This document shows positions 53,717 through 63,318 of a stretch of 64,000 bases of DNA, piece by piece. The stretch comes from Clostridiales bacterium. Its GTDB lineage: Bacteria; Bacillota; Clostridia; Saccharofermentanales; DTU023. The translations under genes and the position numbers were made by a program. Location: NCBI GenBank assembly GCA_004556925.1, contig SFFI01000004.1, positions 9,298 to 73,297 of the forward strand, read 5' to 3'. How positions within the stretch are numbered: position 1 is the stretch's first letter; each line of letters starts with the position of its first letter. The notes beneath the pieces are model-generated. The model was not told the DNA's origin. It searched no databases and saw only the letters and a list, made by a program, of their open reading frames with translations.

Positions 53717-55153
53717 CTAATAGGCTTTGCCCCAGTAAACCAGGTGTTGAGCTGGCTTGCCACAGATGGCACAAACCGCACCTTCTTCCAGTTCTTCATC
53801 AATGATGCAGCGAGAAGTAGCCTGCAAATCAGCTTTAACCTTTTCCTCACAAGCGGGATCACCGCACCAGTGTGCTTTCACAAAGCCAGGCTTGTTCTTA
53901 AGGATCGTCTCAAGCTCTGACCAGTTACTGGCCTCATAGATACGGTCCTCCATGGACTTTTCAGCCCGAGCCAGCATATCCTCATGCATTTGGTCCAGGA
54001 TCTCTTGTAGCTTATCTTCCAGGCCTTCCAGGGGTAGGAAGTATTTTTCCCGGTTATCTCTGCGTACTGCGACGACCTGGCCTTTTTCAATATCCTTGGG
54101 GCCATACTCCAGGCGTAAGGGTACACCCTTCATCTCGTATTCAGAGAACTTCCAGCCCGGCATCCGGTCAGAGAAGTCAGACGTCATGCGGAAACGACCT
54201 GCCAGACGGGCTAAAAGCTCCTCGTTGGCCTCTTTTACGCCTGCCTTTTGTAAGGCAATAGGAATGAGCACGATTTGGTGAGGAGCTACACGCGGCGGGA
54301 GGACTAAACCATCATCGTCACCGTGGACCATGATCAGGCCGCCAATCGATCGCGTTGAGACACCCCAGGAGGTCTGGTAGACATACTGGAGTGCGTTGTT
54401 TTCATCCGCGTACTGGATGCCAAAGGCCTGGGCGAAACCATCACCAAAATAGTGGGAGGTACCAGCCTGTAAGGCTTTACCATCGTGCATCATAGCCTCT
54501 ACCGTATAGGTCTGTTCGGCTCCTGCAAATTTTTCCTTATCTGTTTTCAGACCAGAAATGACAGGGATAGCCAGGCACTCCCGATAGAAGTCAATATAAA
54601 CCTGCAGCATACGGCGGGTTTCTTCTAAGGCTTCCTCGGCAGTGGCGTGAGCGGTATGCCCCTCCTGCCAATAAAATTCCGAAGTCCGCAGGAAGGGCCG
54701 GGTTGTCTTTTCCCAACGCACAACAGATACCCATTGGTTATAGAGTTTCGGCAAGTCACGCCAGGATTGAATAACATCAGCATAGTGGTCGCAGAAAAGC
54801 GCTTCTGAGGTAGGCCGGATGCAAAGCCGCTCTTGAAGTTTGTTATTCCCGCCCTCGGTTACCCAGGCAACCTCCGGAGCAAAACCATCCACATGGTCTT
54901 TTTCTTTCTCCAGAAGAGATTCCGGGATTAAAAGCGGCATGGCAACATTCTGATGGCCCGTTTCCTTAAAACGCCGGTCCAAGTCCTTTTGGATATTCTC
55001 CCAGATGGCATAGCCATAGGGTCGGAGAATCATGCAACCCCGCACCCGAGAATAGGAGGTAAGCTCCGCTTTTTTAACGACATCCGTATACCATTGGGCA
55101 AAGTCTTGGTCCCTCGGCGTAATCTCTTTAACTAATTTATCGTCTTTAGCCAT
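53717..55153 (-). CDS. proS: proline--tRNA ligase, short archaeal/eukaryote-like type
   Basis: 478 aa with class II motifs, no bacterial INS editing insertion, a Cys-rich C-terminal domain (CGDPACEE...CAICG) and a terminal Tyr (...YWGKAY). Confidence 0.93.
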   Translation of the reverse strand: MAKDDKLVKEITPRDQDFAQWYTDVVKKAELTSYSRVRGCMILRPYGYAIWENIQKDLDRRFKETGHQNVAMPLLIPESLLEKEKDHVDGFAPEVAWVTEGGNNKLQERLCIRPTSEALFCDHYADVIQSWRDLPKLYNQWVSVVRWEKTTRPFLRTSEFYWQEGHTAHATAEEALEETRRMLQVYIDFYRECLAIPVISGLKTDKEKFAGAEQTYTVEAMMHDGKALQAGTSHYFGDGFAQAFGIQYADENNALQYVYQTSWGVSTRSIGGLIMVHGDDDGLVLPPRVAPHQIVLIPIALQKAGVKEANEELLARLAGRFRMTSDFSDRMPGWKFSEYEMKGVPLRLEYGPKDIEKGQVVAVRRDNREKYFLPLEGLEDKLQEILDQMHEDMLARAEKSMEDRIYEASNWSELETILKNKPGFVKAHWCGDPACEEKVKADLQATSRCIIDEELEEGAVCAICGKPAQHLVYWGKAY

Positions 55154-55170
55154 AATGCACTATCTAGCTT

Positions 55171-56373
55171 CTACAGAGACTTAACAATTGCTTCCGTATC
55201 CCGGGCAATCATAAGTTCTTCGTTTGTGGGAATAACCACCACAGTAACCTTAGAATCATCAGCAGAAATGACCGCTTCCTTGCCTCTCAAACCATCATTT
55301 TTCGCAGGGTCAAGCTTGATACCTAAGTCTTCCAGGCCAGCGCAGATTGCAGCCCGCGTATTGCAGTCATTTTCTCCGATTCCTGCGGTAAAGACTAAGA
55401 CATCTACTCCGCCCATGGCGAAAACATAAGAGCCTAAGATTTTCTTGCACTGATAACTGAACATATCTAAAGCCAGCTGGGCGCGGGTATTGTCTGCTTG
55501 AGCAGCCTCTTCCAGGTCACGGAAGTCAGAAGAGACACCCGAGATGCCCAGGACACCCGATTCCTTATTCATCAAATGGTCCATTTCCTGAGGGTTCAGT
55601 TTTTCTTGTTCCATAATGTTAACCACAATGGCCGGGTCAATGGAACCGCAGCGCGTACCCATAAGAGGCCCTTCCAGAGGTGTTAGACCCATGGAGGTAT
55701 CCTGGCACTTGCCATCCTTCACCGCAGAAATCGAAGAACCATTCCCTAGGTGGAGGGTTATCATGCGCAGACCTTCTTGGTCTTTGCCCAAGAACTCAGC
55801 CGCCCTCTGGCTGACATAGTGGTGGGAGGTACCGTGGGCCCCATAGCGGCGGATGTGTTTTTCCTCGTAATAGCGGTAAGGCAAGCCATACATGTAGGCC
55901 TGGGGAGGCATGGTTTGGTGGAAACTGGTATCAAAAGCCGCAACCATAGGAATATCAGGCATGATTTCCTGGCAGGCCTCAATCCCCATCAAGTTTGCGG
56001 GGTTATGCAAGGGGGCAAAGCTAAAGCATTTGCGGATGGTTTCCTTGACATCGTCATCAATCAAGACCGACTGGGTGTAATAGTCAGCACAGTTCAGGAT
56101 ACGGTGGCCCACAGCGTCAATTTCTTTCATGGACTTGATGACGCCATGTTCTGGAGATACGAGGGCATCTAAAACCAGCTGCACTGCAGTTTGGTGGGTA
56201 GGCATGGGGGTTTCTACGACATACTTTTCTTTGCCTTCTGGTTCATGTTTGAGGCGAGAGCCCGCAATGCCAATTCTTTCACAAAGGCCTTTAGCCATAA
56301 CCCGGCCATCTTGGGTGTCTAGGAGTTGGTACTTGAGGGAGGAAGAACCTGCGTTAATTACTAATACGATCAT
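55171..56373 (-). CDS. ackA: acetate kinase
   Basis: 400 aa with VLVINAGSSSLKYQL and the GAHGTSH motif. Confidence 0.95.
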   Translation of the reverse strand: MIVLVINAGSSSLKYQLLDTQDGRVMAKGLCERIGIAGSRLKHEPEGKEKYVVETPMPTHQTAVQLVLDALVSPEHGVIKSMKEIDAVGHRILNCADYYTQSVLIDDDVKETIRKCFSFAPLHNPANLMGIEACQEIMPDIPMVAAFDTSFHQTMPPQAYMYGLPYRYYEEKHIRRYGAHGTSHHYVSQRAAEFLGKDQEGLRMITLHLGNGSSISAVKDGKCQDTSMGLTPLEGPLMGTRCGSIDPAIVVNIMEQEKLNPQEMDHLMNKESGVLGISGVSSDFRDLEEAAQADNTRAQLALDMFSYQCKKILGSYVFAMGGVDVLVFTAGIGENDCNTRAAICAGLEDLGIKLDPAKNDGLRGKEAVISADDSKVTVVVIPTNEELMIARDTEAIVKSL

Positions 56374-56398
56374 CTTGTATCCTTTCAGCTTCAGCTAA

Positions 56399-57400
56399 TT
56401 ATTTATTTTTTCCGCCTGCGGCCTGCACGGCAGTTAGGGCTATCACGCCAATAATATCTTCAGTAGAGCAACCACGGGAGAGGTCGTTAACAGGTTTGGC
56501 AATACCCTGCAGGAGAGGCCCGTAGGCCTTGGCACCACCCAGGTATTGAACAAGCTTATAGCCAATATTACCGGCATTGAGGTCGGGGAAGACAAGGACA
56601 TTAGCCTGGCCCCCAATTTTATTGCCAGGGGCCTTGCGTTCGGAGGTAGCAGGTACGAGGGCTGTATCCACTTGGGCCTCACCGTCTAGTCTGAGTTCAG
56701 GTGCCTTTTCTTTGGCTAGTTTGGTGGCTTCTACCACTTTCTCTGTGAGTTCAGAATGGGCAGAACCAAAAGAGGAGTAAGACAGCATGGCCACGACAGG
56801 CTCTTGTCCCGTAAAGAAACGGAAGGAATCAGCCGAGGCGAGAGCGATTTCCGAGAGCTGGTCTGCATCAGGATTTTCATTTAAGCCACAGTCAGCAAAG
56901 ACGAAAATGCCATCTGAGCCCAGGTCTTTGAATTGGGTGTCCATGACAAAGAAGGCAGAAACAAGTTTGGTGCCCGCCTTAGTCTTGAGAATTTGCAGGG
57001 CAGGTCTCAGCGTATCCGCAGTAGAATGTGCTGCTCCAGAAACTAAACCATCCGCCTGATCATTTTTCATCAGCATCATGCCGAAAGCGGTCTTATCTCT
57101 GACGGTAGCCTGGGCCTTTTCTAAATCCACGCCCTTATGCTTGCGCATTTCATAATATTGTTGGGCAAATTGGTCCAAATCTGGATAATCGGCGGGGTTT
57201 ATAAACTCAATTCCTGTGTAATCCAGGTCGGGGCAAACCGCTTGCGATTCTTCCTTGGTACCTATGAGGATAATCTTAGCGAGCTTTTCTTGCGTAGCCG
57301 TCACGGCTGCTTGGAGCACGCGTTCATCTTCATTTTCTACTAAAATCACAGTTTGATTTAGTGCTTGAGCCTGTGCCTTAACCTTGTCAATGAAAGTCAT
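56399..57400 (-). CDS. pta: phosphate acetyltransferase
   Basis: 333 aa in the PTA_PTB family (GLVSGAAHSTADTLRPALQI, LSRGCSTEDI), directly upstream of ackA. Confidence 0.95.
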   Translation of the reverse strand: MTFIDKVKAQAQALNQTVILVENEDERVLQAAVTATQEKLAKIILIGTKEESQAVCPDLDYTGIEFINPADYPDLDQFAQQYYEMRKHKGVDLEKAQATVRDKTAFGMMLMKNDQADGLVSGAAHSTADTLRPALQILKTKAGTKLVSAFFVMDTQFKDLGSDGIFVFADCGLNENPDADQLSEIALASADSFRFFTGQEPVVAMLSYSSFGSAHSELTEKVVEATKLAKEKAPELRLDGEAQVDTALVPATSERKAPGNKIGGQANVLVFPDLNAGNIGYKLVQYLGGAKAYGPLLQGIAKPVNDLSRGCSTEDIIGVIALTAVQAAGGKNK

Positions 57401-57521
57401 AGTCTACCTCCCATAAAATAAAAATAACCTCAGCAAGTATAGATGATTTTAGACAGGGCTTCAACGGCTACAAGGCGCGAAAAACCGGCCTGGAGTCGCT
57501 TTTCTTATAAGAAGGGGCGTC

Positions 57522-58985
57522 CTAGTGCGAGGCTTCCAAGCTGGGGTCCAAGCTGAGCTCCCAAGCTGTGAGGAGGAGATTGCGATAGTTATCTTGGAAA
57601 TAGTAGGTATCCGCCTGCCCTGGCCGGTAAAGGAAGCCCTGCCCTGCAGGGATAGAGTCCCCTCGGGTGAGAAGCTTCAGGCTTTGATTGGCCAGATCCA
57701 GGCCCAGGCTTTGACCAGATAGGAGGCTGAGCCTCTTATAGGCCAGAAGTGCTGGCAGAGATACCTGATCCACCGTAGGAGTGAGGTTGATTTGATTATA
57801 GCTTTCATAGAACTGGCCAGACGACATCAGGAGCTGATTAAAGAGCAGGAGGTCATCAGGCCTCCCCTCTCCTACTTCCAAGAGAAAGCGGATTTGGGTC
57901 AGACTGGCCAGGGTATTAGCCTGGAAGGTAGAACCCGCCGAAGGTATATAGGACTGGGTCCCAGGGTCCCAGGCATAAGCATAAAAGCCGGAGTCCAAGC
58001 GGGACTTGCGTGCGATGTCCTGCCACTTGTCTGCGATTTTCTCCCAGGCAGGATCGCGCATGGCCAGGGCCTGTAAGACCCAAAGGTCCACCTGGTCTAA
58101 ACGGACTACCTGCAAGTCTCGCTCTGCCTGGTAAGTTTCTTTTTCGTTGGATGACAAGACCGTGGGCATCACTTCTTCAAAGTCTTCCCGATGGGCTAAG
58201 TCTAAATCGTCTGCAAAAAGTGGAAGCAGTTCCTTGCTCAAGCGGTCGATCTCCGCAAAGAGGGCATCCTCCGTCCAATACTGGCTGGCCAGAAAAAGCT
58301 GGCGCAGGTAGGACAATTTGGCGGGCCAGTAGCTACTAGCAGCATCAGGTCCTAGCTGGCTAGCGAAGAATTGGCTGATTTGCTTTTGCGCCATCCCATA
58401 GGCTTTACGATCACGTTGCGCCAAGATTAGCTCTAATTGTAGGAGGGCATCCTCCAAACTTAATTCGGCTTGTGGCTTGGCCTGAAAAAGCAAAGCACTG
58501 GCAGGATCATCCGGGTCAGCGTGTAGCAAGAGACTTTGGTCAGCATACTGGGCAAATAGGCTGGCATCGGAGTCAGCATCGAGACGGAAGGCTTGGTTGA
58601 GCCGGTCTAGCAAGCCCGCTTCACCGCTCAGAACCTGGTAGGAACTCTTTTGTAAGGGGGGAACCGCAAGCAGATCCCAGGTCACGGGAGACGGACCCTC
58701 CGGGGGCCGGGGCCAGAAATAGTAGGCCAGACCCAGCAGAAGGCAGAGGATAACAAGGATCAGAAGCAAGGCCCTTTTACCGGGCAAATGCCAGTGATGG
58801 CTACGCAGCCGATCCAAAAACACTTCTCCAAAATGCTGGTCTACCTTTTCTAGGAGCGGTTTACGCATCTCCTGACCCGGCATAGGTGGGATGGGATACT
58901 TATCTAAAGTATCCTGGTCCTCTGCTTGATACCGGTCAGCTGGTAATTGGTCTGATTTGCCTTGTTCTTTATCTTGCTGTGTCAT
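57522..58985 (-). CDS. hypothetical single-pass membrane protein with large extracytoplasmic domain
   Basis: 487 aa with an acidic N-terminus, TM segment ALLLILVILCLLLGLAYYFW and a ~390-aa helical outer domain. No motif recognised. Confidence 0.6.
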   Translation of the reverse strand: MTQQDKEQGKSDQLPADRYQAEDQDTLDKYPIPPMPGQEMRKPLLEKVDQHFGEVFLDRLRSHHWHLPGKRALLLILVILCLLLGLAYYFWPRPPEGPSPVTWDLLAVPPLQKSSYQVLSGEAGLLDRLNQAFRLDADSDASLFAQYADQSLLLHADPDDPASALLFQAKPQAELSLEDALLQLELILAQRDRKAYGMAQKQISQFFASQLGPDAASSYWPAKLSYLRQLFLASQYWTEDALFAEIDRLSKELLPLFADDLDLAHREDFEEVMPTVLSSNEKETYQAERDLQVVRLDQVDLWVLQALAMRDPAWEKIADKWQDIARKSRLDSGFYAYAWDPGTQSYIPSAGSTFQANTLASLTQIRFLLEVGEGRPDDLLLFNQLLMSSGQFYESYNQINLTPTVDQVSLPALLAYKRLSLLSGQSLGLDLANQSLKLLTRGDSIPAGQGFLYRPGQADTYYFQDNYRNLLLTAWELSLDPSLEASH

Positions 58986-59073
58986 GACTTAATGTATTCC
59001 TTTGCTGACTCAAAAGGCCTATGAACACATGGGCTTCTGCTATAATAGCCGGGCTAAGGAGATTTAAGCAAGC

Positions 59074-60357
59074 ATGCGTATAGTGGGAATAATTGCCGAA
59101 TATAATCCCTTTCATCAGGGGCACTTGAGTCAATTCGCTTGGGTAAAGGATAAACTGGGACCTGATACGAAAATTGTGATAGCCCTGTCCTCCTATTTTT
59201 GCCAGAGGGCCTGCCCTAGTTTGCAAAGCCCTCGCCAGAGGGCCAAGGCAGCAGTTGCAGCTGGCGCGGACTTGGTCCTCCTCCTCCCCCAGTATTTTTC
59301 TAGCAGCTCTGGTGAAACCTACGCCCAGGCCGGAGTGGGTCTTTTGGCCGCTTCCGGCATGGTGAGAACCCAGGCAGCTTCAGCAGAGCTTACGGACAAG
59401 GCCCTCATTCAGGAGGCCGCTCGTCTGATCTCGCCAGAAAGCCCGGAGCTCAAGGCCGCCATCCGGGACTTGATTGGGGAAGGCCTGAGCCCCCATCAGG
59501 CAAGGACCACCTCTCTCCTCCAGCTGGGTGTGGATCCCCAAGTGGTTGAGGTCTTTAATCAGGCGAACGCCAGGCTATGTGCAGAATACTTGGCAGCCAG
59601 AACAAGGCTGCCGGCCGGCTGGCCTCATCCGGGCTTCTTCCTCTGCCCTCGCCAAGAGGATAGTTTGGGCGCAAGCCGTATACGGGCCATGGTAGAGCAA
59701 GCAGCCCTCCAAAGCAGGCAAAAATCTACTTGGCAGGCCCCCTGGGAGCATATAGACAGTGCTCAAGCGACCACCTGGCCCACCCCCCTAAGTCTGGAAC
59801 TTGTGCAGGCCCTGACGGCCCATATGCCCGTAGAAAGTCTCAGTCTCCTCTTGAGTGATCTCAATCGTGGTCATTTTGTGATCAATTCAAGCCTCCTAGA
59901 TTTAGCTCAGCTCTCCCTCAAACGTGTCAATCAACCTGCAGACTTAGCGGCTTATCGTGATATGCAAGGAGGCTTAGCTGAAAGGCTTCTGTCTAGGCGG
60001 GACGACCAGGATCTACTCGGTTCTGTTACGGCCAGAAATTTTCCCCCAGGCAGGGTGCAGAGGGCCTTAACTGCTTATCTTCTCGGTATAGATCAATCCC
60101 TCATGCGGCAAGCAGGGGACCAACCCGCCTTTCTCTTTCCCTTGGCCTTCAATCGGGATGGCCGGTATATCCTTCGCAAGATGCAAGAAAAATCCAGGAT
60201 CCCTGTCTTTGCGCGTTTTTCAGAAACGGCAAAGTCGGATGACCCCGCGGTTTGCGCCCAGGCTTTAATTGAACGGAGAGCAGCCGCTCTCTGGGCCTAC
60301 TTGTCTGGTAAGCCGGACTTGGCCTACGAGCTCTTAGAGCCGCCTGTACAAGTATAA
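59074..60357 (+). CDS. tmcAL: tRNA(Met) cytidine acetate ligase (YlbM/TmcAL family nucleotidyltransferase)
   Basis: 427 aa with the N-terminal MRIVGIIAEYNPFHQGH signature of the family. Confidence 0.8.
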   Translation: MRIVGIIAEYNPFHQGHLSQFAWVKDKLGPDTKIVIALSSYFCQRACPSLQSPRQRAKAAVAAGADLVLLLPQYFSSSSGETYAQAGVGLLAASGMVRTQAASAELTDKALIQEAARLISPESPELKAAIRDLIGEGLSPHQARTTSLLQLGVDPQVVEVFNQANARLCAEYLAARTRLPAGWPHPGFFLCPRQEDSLGASRIRAMVEQAALQSRQKSTWQAPWEHIDSAQATTWPTPLSLELVQALTAHMPVESLSLLLSDLNRGHFVINSSLLDLAQLSLKRVNQPADLAAYRDMQGGLAERLLSRRDDQDLLGSVTARNFPPGRVQRALTAYLLGIDQSLMRQAGDQPAFLFPLAFNRDGRYILRKMQEKSRIPVFARFSETAKSDDPAVCAQALIERRAAALWAYLSGKPDLAYELLEPPVQV

Positions 60358-60370
60358 AGTCCCTAAAAAA

Positions 60371-60400
60371 GCTCTAAGTAACTCGCGAGTTACTTAGAGC
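60371..60400 (-). terminator. tyrS intrinsic terminator
   Basis: Perfect 30-nt palindrome GCTCTAAGTAACTCG/CGAGTTACTTAGAGC, followed on the minus strand by TTTTTT. Confidence 0.85.
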
Positions 60401-60437
60401 CAATGGGTTAAAGATGGGAGCCTTCGCCGTAAGCTAC

Positions 60438-61670
60438 TTAGGCTTCAAACTTTAAGGCGAAGTAATTCTTTTTGCCACGACGGACTACGGCCGCCCCTTC
60501 TTGAAGGTCTGATTTTTCCAATGTCCGGTTAAAATCGCTGACCACTTCTTCATTGAGGCTGAGGCCATTTTGCTTAATCAGGCGGCGGCCTTCTGACTTG
60601 GAGGGAATGAATTCACAGTCCACTAGGATGTCTAAGAGGGGTCTGCCGAAATCCTCTTCCCTCAAGTCTCTGCCAGGCATACCCTCTGCCCTGCCCGCAC
60701 CTTGAGCGCCAAAGATCTCTTCAGCTTGGGCCTCCGCTTGTTGGGCTTTTTCTGCACCATGGACCAGGCTAGTCACCTCTAGGGCTAATCGCTTTTTGGC
60801 TTGGTTAATCTCTGAACCTTCGAGCTTGGCATATTCTGCAATTTCTTCCAGAGGCATGTAGGTTAAAAGCTTCATGCATTTGATAACATCACGGTCGTCA
60901 ATATTCCGCCAGTATTGGTAGAAGTCATAGACTGGCAACTTGTCCTCATCCAGCCACAAGGCACCTGAAGAGGTTTTACCCATTTTCTCTCCATCTGCCT
61001 TGGTCAGCAGGGTGAAAGTCAGGGCATAGGCAGGGCCCAAACCCTTTCTACGAATGAGATCAGTACCTGCCAAAATATTCGACCATTGGTCATCTCCGCC
61101 CAGCTGCAACTTGCAATTTTCCTCCTGATAGAGGTGGAGGAAATCGTTGGCCTGCAGGAGCATGTAGTTAAATTCCAGGAAGGTAAGACCTTGGTCCAGG
61201 CGGTTCTTGTAACATTCTGCCGCTAACATGCGGTTAACCGAAAAGTGCGGGCCAAGCTCGCGGAGAAAATCAATATAATTGAGAGGCAGAATCCAGTCCG
61301 CATTATTCACAAAGATTGCTTTGCCCTCTGAAAAGTCAATAAAGCGGCCCATCTGCTTGCGGAAGCTGTCAACATTATGCTGGACCCGGTCTGGGGTCAA
61401 CAGCTGGCGCATATCTGTGCGTCCGGAAGGATCGCCGATCATGCCCGTGCCACCACCTAAAAGGACGACAGGCCGGTGGCCAGCTTTTTGCAGATGAGAC
61501 ATGGCCATAAGCTGTAAGAGATGGCCCACGTGTAGGCTGTCTGCGGTAGGATCGTAACCCGTATAGAAACTAATTTGCTCTCTGCCGAGTAGGTCTCGCA
61601 GTTCATCTGCGTGTGAAACCTGGGCAATATAGCCGCGTTCTGCTAAGACATCATATACGTTCTTGGTCAT
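60438..61670 (-). CDS. tyrS: tyrosine--tRNA ligase
   Basis: 410 aa with HIGH region DSLHVGHL, KMSKS variant KMGKTS and a C-terminal S4-like domain. Confidence 0.95.
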   Translation of the reverse strand: MTKNVYDVLAERGYIAQVSHADELRDLLGREQISFYTGYDPTADSLHVGHLLQLMAMSHLQKAGHRPVVLLGGGTGMIGDPSGRTDMRQLLTPDRVQHNVDSFRKQMGRFIDFSEGKAIFVNNADWILPLNYIDFLRELGPHFSVNRMLAAECYKNRLDQGLTFLEFNYMLLQANDFLHLYQEENCKLQLGGDDQWSNILAGTDLIRRKGLGPAYALTFTLLTKADGEKMGKTSSGALWLDEDKLPVYDFYQYWRNIDDRDVIKCMKLLTYMPLEEIAEYAKLEGSEINQAKKRLALEVTSLVHGAEKAQQAEAQAEEIFGAQGAGRAEGMPGRDLREEDFGRPLLDILVDCEFIPSKSEGRRLIKQNGLSLNEEVVSDFNRTLEKSDLQEGAAVVRRGKKNYFALKFEA

Positions 61671-61785
61671 GGGTCCTCCTTGTTACACAAGTCACAGCCT
61701 GAGAATTCTTCCAAACTTGACTGAGCTATTTCCCTATTCTAGTCCAGACCCCGTCCATGGTCAAAATCTTCCTGTCGCTCAAGGG

Positions 61786-62550
61786 CTAAGGCTTTAGTTT
61801 TGCTTGTGCTTTATCTTCACGGCTGAGTACCAGCCTCAAGGTCCCCTGGGCCAATTGAACTTGAATATCCTCGCCGGCTAGAGGCTGGTTGGAAATGCCC
61901 AGGTTTATTCCCTGGTAGAGTGTACGATTTTCCAAGGGCCATACGGTGCCCTGCAAGCTGAGACCACTGACCTCCGGGCTGACCGCCAGGAGTGAGAGAT
62001 AAGTGTCAGACCTATCATGGTCTGGAAGCTGGATGTAGGTCTGGCAAGGTCCTACCAGGGTCCAGACCTCTGTGAGTCCATCTGTCAGCAGGAAGGCGAG
62101 GTCAGGCTGGGCATAGCGGCTAGCCAGGTCCAGATTAGCCAGGACATGGTCCACGCGGGATCCTAGGCCGGCCAGAAAAATAACGCCTGAGCCTGTTAAG
62201 CCAAGGGATAGTGGAGTTCGTTTCGCTTCTAGGGCTCCATTTACCTGAGCCTTTCGTTCCCTTCGCCAGGCATATTCTTGGTCCAGCATGTAGTGGAGGG
62301 CTAAGGCTGAATCTGGTTCATCCTTCTTGACTGGGAATTTTAGCTGACCTATGCCTTGGCCTTGCAGGTAGCTTAAACCCGCCTGACTTAAGGAGTCGTT
62401 GTCTCCCACATGCATATAGGGTTTCATACCCAGCATGCGGGCCCGATCCAGGCCTCCATCCGCCGTCCAAATGAGGTCACAGGCCTCAGCCAGGGTTCGG
62501 ATCCTTTGAAGATCGTTGAGGTCACCACTTAAAAAGAGGGCTTGCCACAT
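61786..62550 (-). CDS. thiN: thiamine diphosphokinase
   Basis: 254 aa with VGDNDS and SRVDHVLANL motifs. Its position after rpe matches the Bacillus rsgA-rpe-thiN order. It is about 30 aa longer than usual. Confidence 0.7.
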   Translation of the reverse strand: MWQALFLSGDLNDLQRIRTLAEACDLIWTADGGLDRARMLGMKPYMHVGDNDSLSQAGLSYLQGQGIGQLKFPVKKDEPDSALALHYMLDQEYAWRRERKAQVNGALEAKRTPLSLGLTGSGVIFLAGLGSRVDHVLANLDLASRYAQPDLAFLLTDGLTEVWTLVGPCQTYIQLPDHDRSDTYLSLLAVSPEVSGLSLQGTVWPLENRTLYQGINLGISNQPLAGEDIQVQLAQGTLRLVLSREDKAQAKLKP

Positions 62551-62563
62551 CTAGGGGCCCCCT

Positions 62564-63298
62564 CTAAAACATCACGGCAGCCTGATGCCGGCCTACACAG
62601 CCTTCTTCGGCTGCTCTTTGCCGCAAGATCCTTATTTCCTCCGCAGGATCTTCTGCCTTAAAGACTGCCGTACCTGCCACAAAGAAGTTGGCGCCCGCTG
62701 CAGCGGCTCTTTCTATCGTGTCCCTTTTGATGCCCCCATCTACTTGCAAGAGTATGTGGCGGCCACTCTCCTCAATGAGCTGCCTCGCCCGGCGTATTTT
62801 GCCTTCCATTTCTTTAATGTATGATTGGCCGCCAAAGCCAGGATTTACAGTCATCAAGAGGATTTGGTCTAAAAAAGGTATGAGGTCTTCTAAAAGGCTA
62901 ACAGGTGTACCAGGATTTAAGGCTATACCCGCCAGGCAACCCTGACGGTGTATCTCTTGGATAAGTCTGTGCGCATGAACAGCTGCTTCCTCGTGGAACG
63001 TGATGATATCTGCCCCTGCCTGGACAAAGGCTTCCAGCCAATCTTCTGGCCGATCTACCATGAGATGCACGTCCATGGGCTTATTCCAGTGAGGCCTTAA
63101 TTGTTTAACAAGGCCTGGGCCATAAGTGATATTGGGGACAAAATGGCCGTCCATAATATCCAGGTGCAAGGCATCGGCAACTTGGATGGCCTCCAGCTCC
63201 TGTTTGAGCTGGGTGAAATCCGCAGCCAAGAGCGAAGGTGCCACGAGGGCTTGACCACCGGTCAGGAGCTTCTGGGCCATGAGTGTTGATTCTCGCAT
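62564..63298 (-). CDS. rpe: ribulose-phosphate 3-epimerase
   Basis: Likely start is ATG 63298 (AAGGAAG upstream), not 63409, which would overlap rsgA by 90 nt. Motifs PSLLAADF, HLDIMDGHFVPN and MTVNPGFGGQ. Confidence 0.93.
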   Translation of the reverse strand: MRESTLMAQKLLTGGQALVAPSLLAADFTQLKQELEAIQVADALHLDIMDGHFVPNITYGPGLVKQLRPHWNKPMDVHLMVDRPEDWLEAFVQAGADIITFHEEAAVHAHRLIQEIHRQGCLAGIALNPGTPVSLLEDLIPFLDQILLMTVNPGFGGQSYIKEMEGKIRRARQLIEESGRHILLQVDGGIKRDTIERAAAAGANFFVAGTAVFKAEDPAEEIRILRQRAAEEGCVGRHQAAVMF

Positions 63299-63318
63299 AG
63301 TTACTTCCTTATCAACAT

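Noticed and set aside
61671-61785. T-box leaders upstream of tyrS (and likewise argS and proS)
   Set aside because: The tyrS leader is only about 115 nt and has no specifier loop, T-box or terminator-antiterminator arrangement. argS and proS directly abut their upstream genes.
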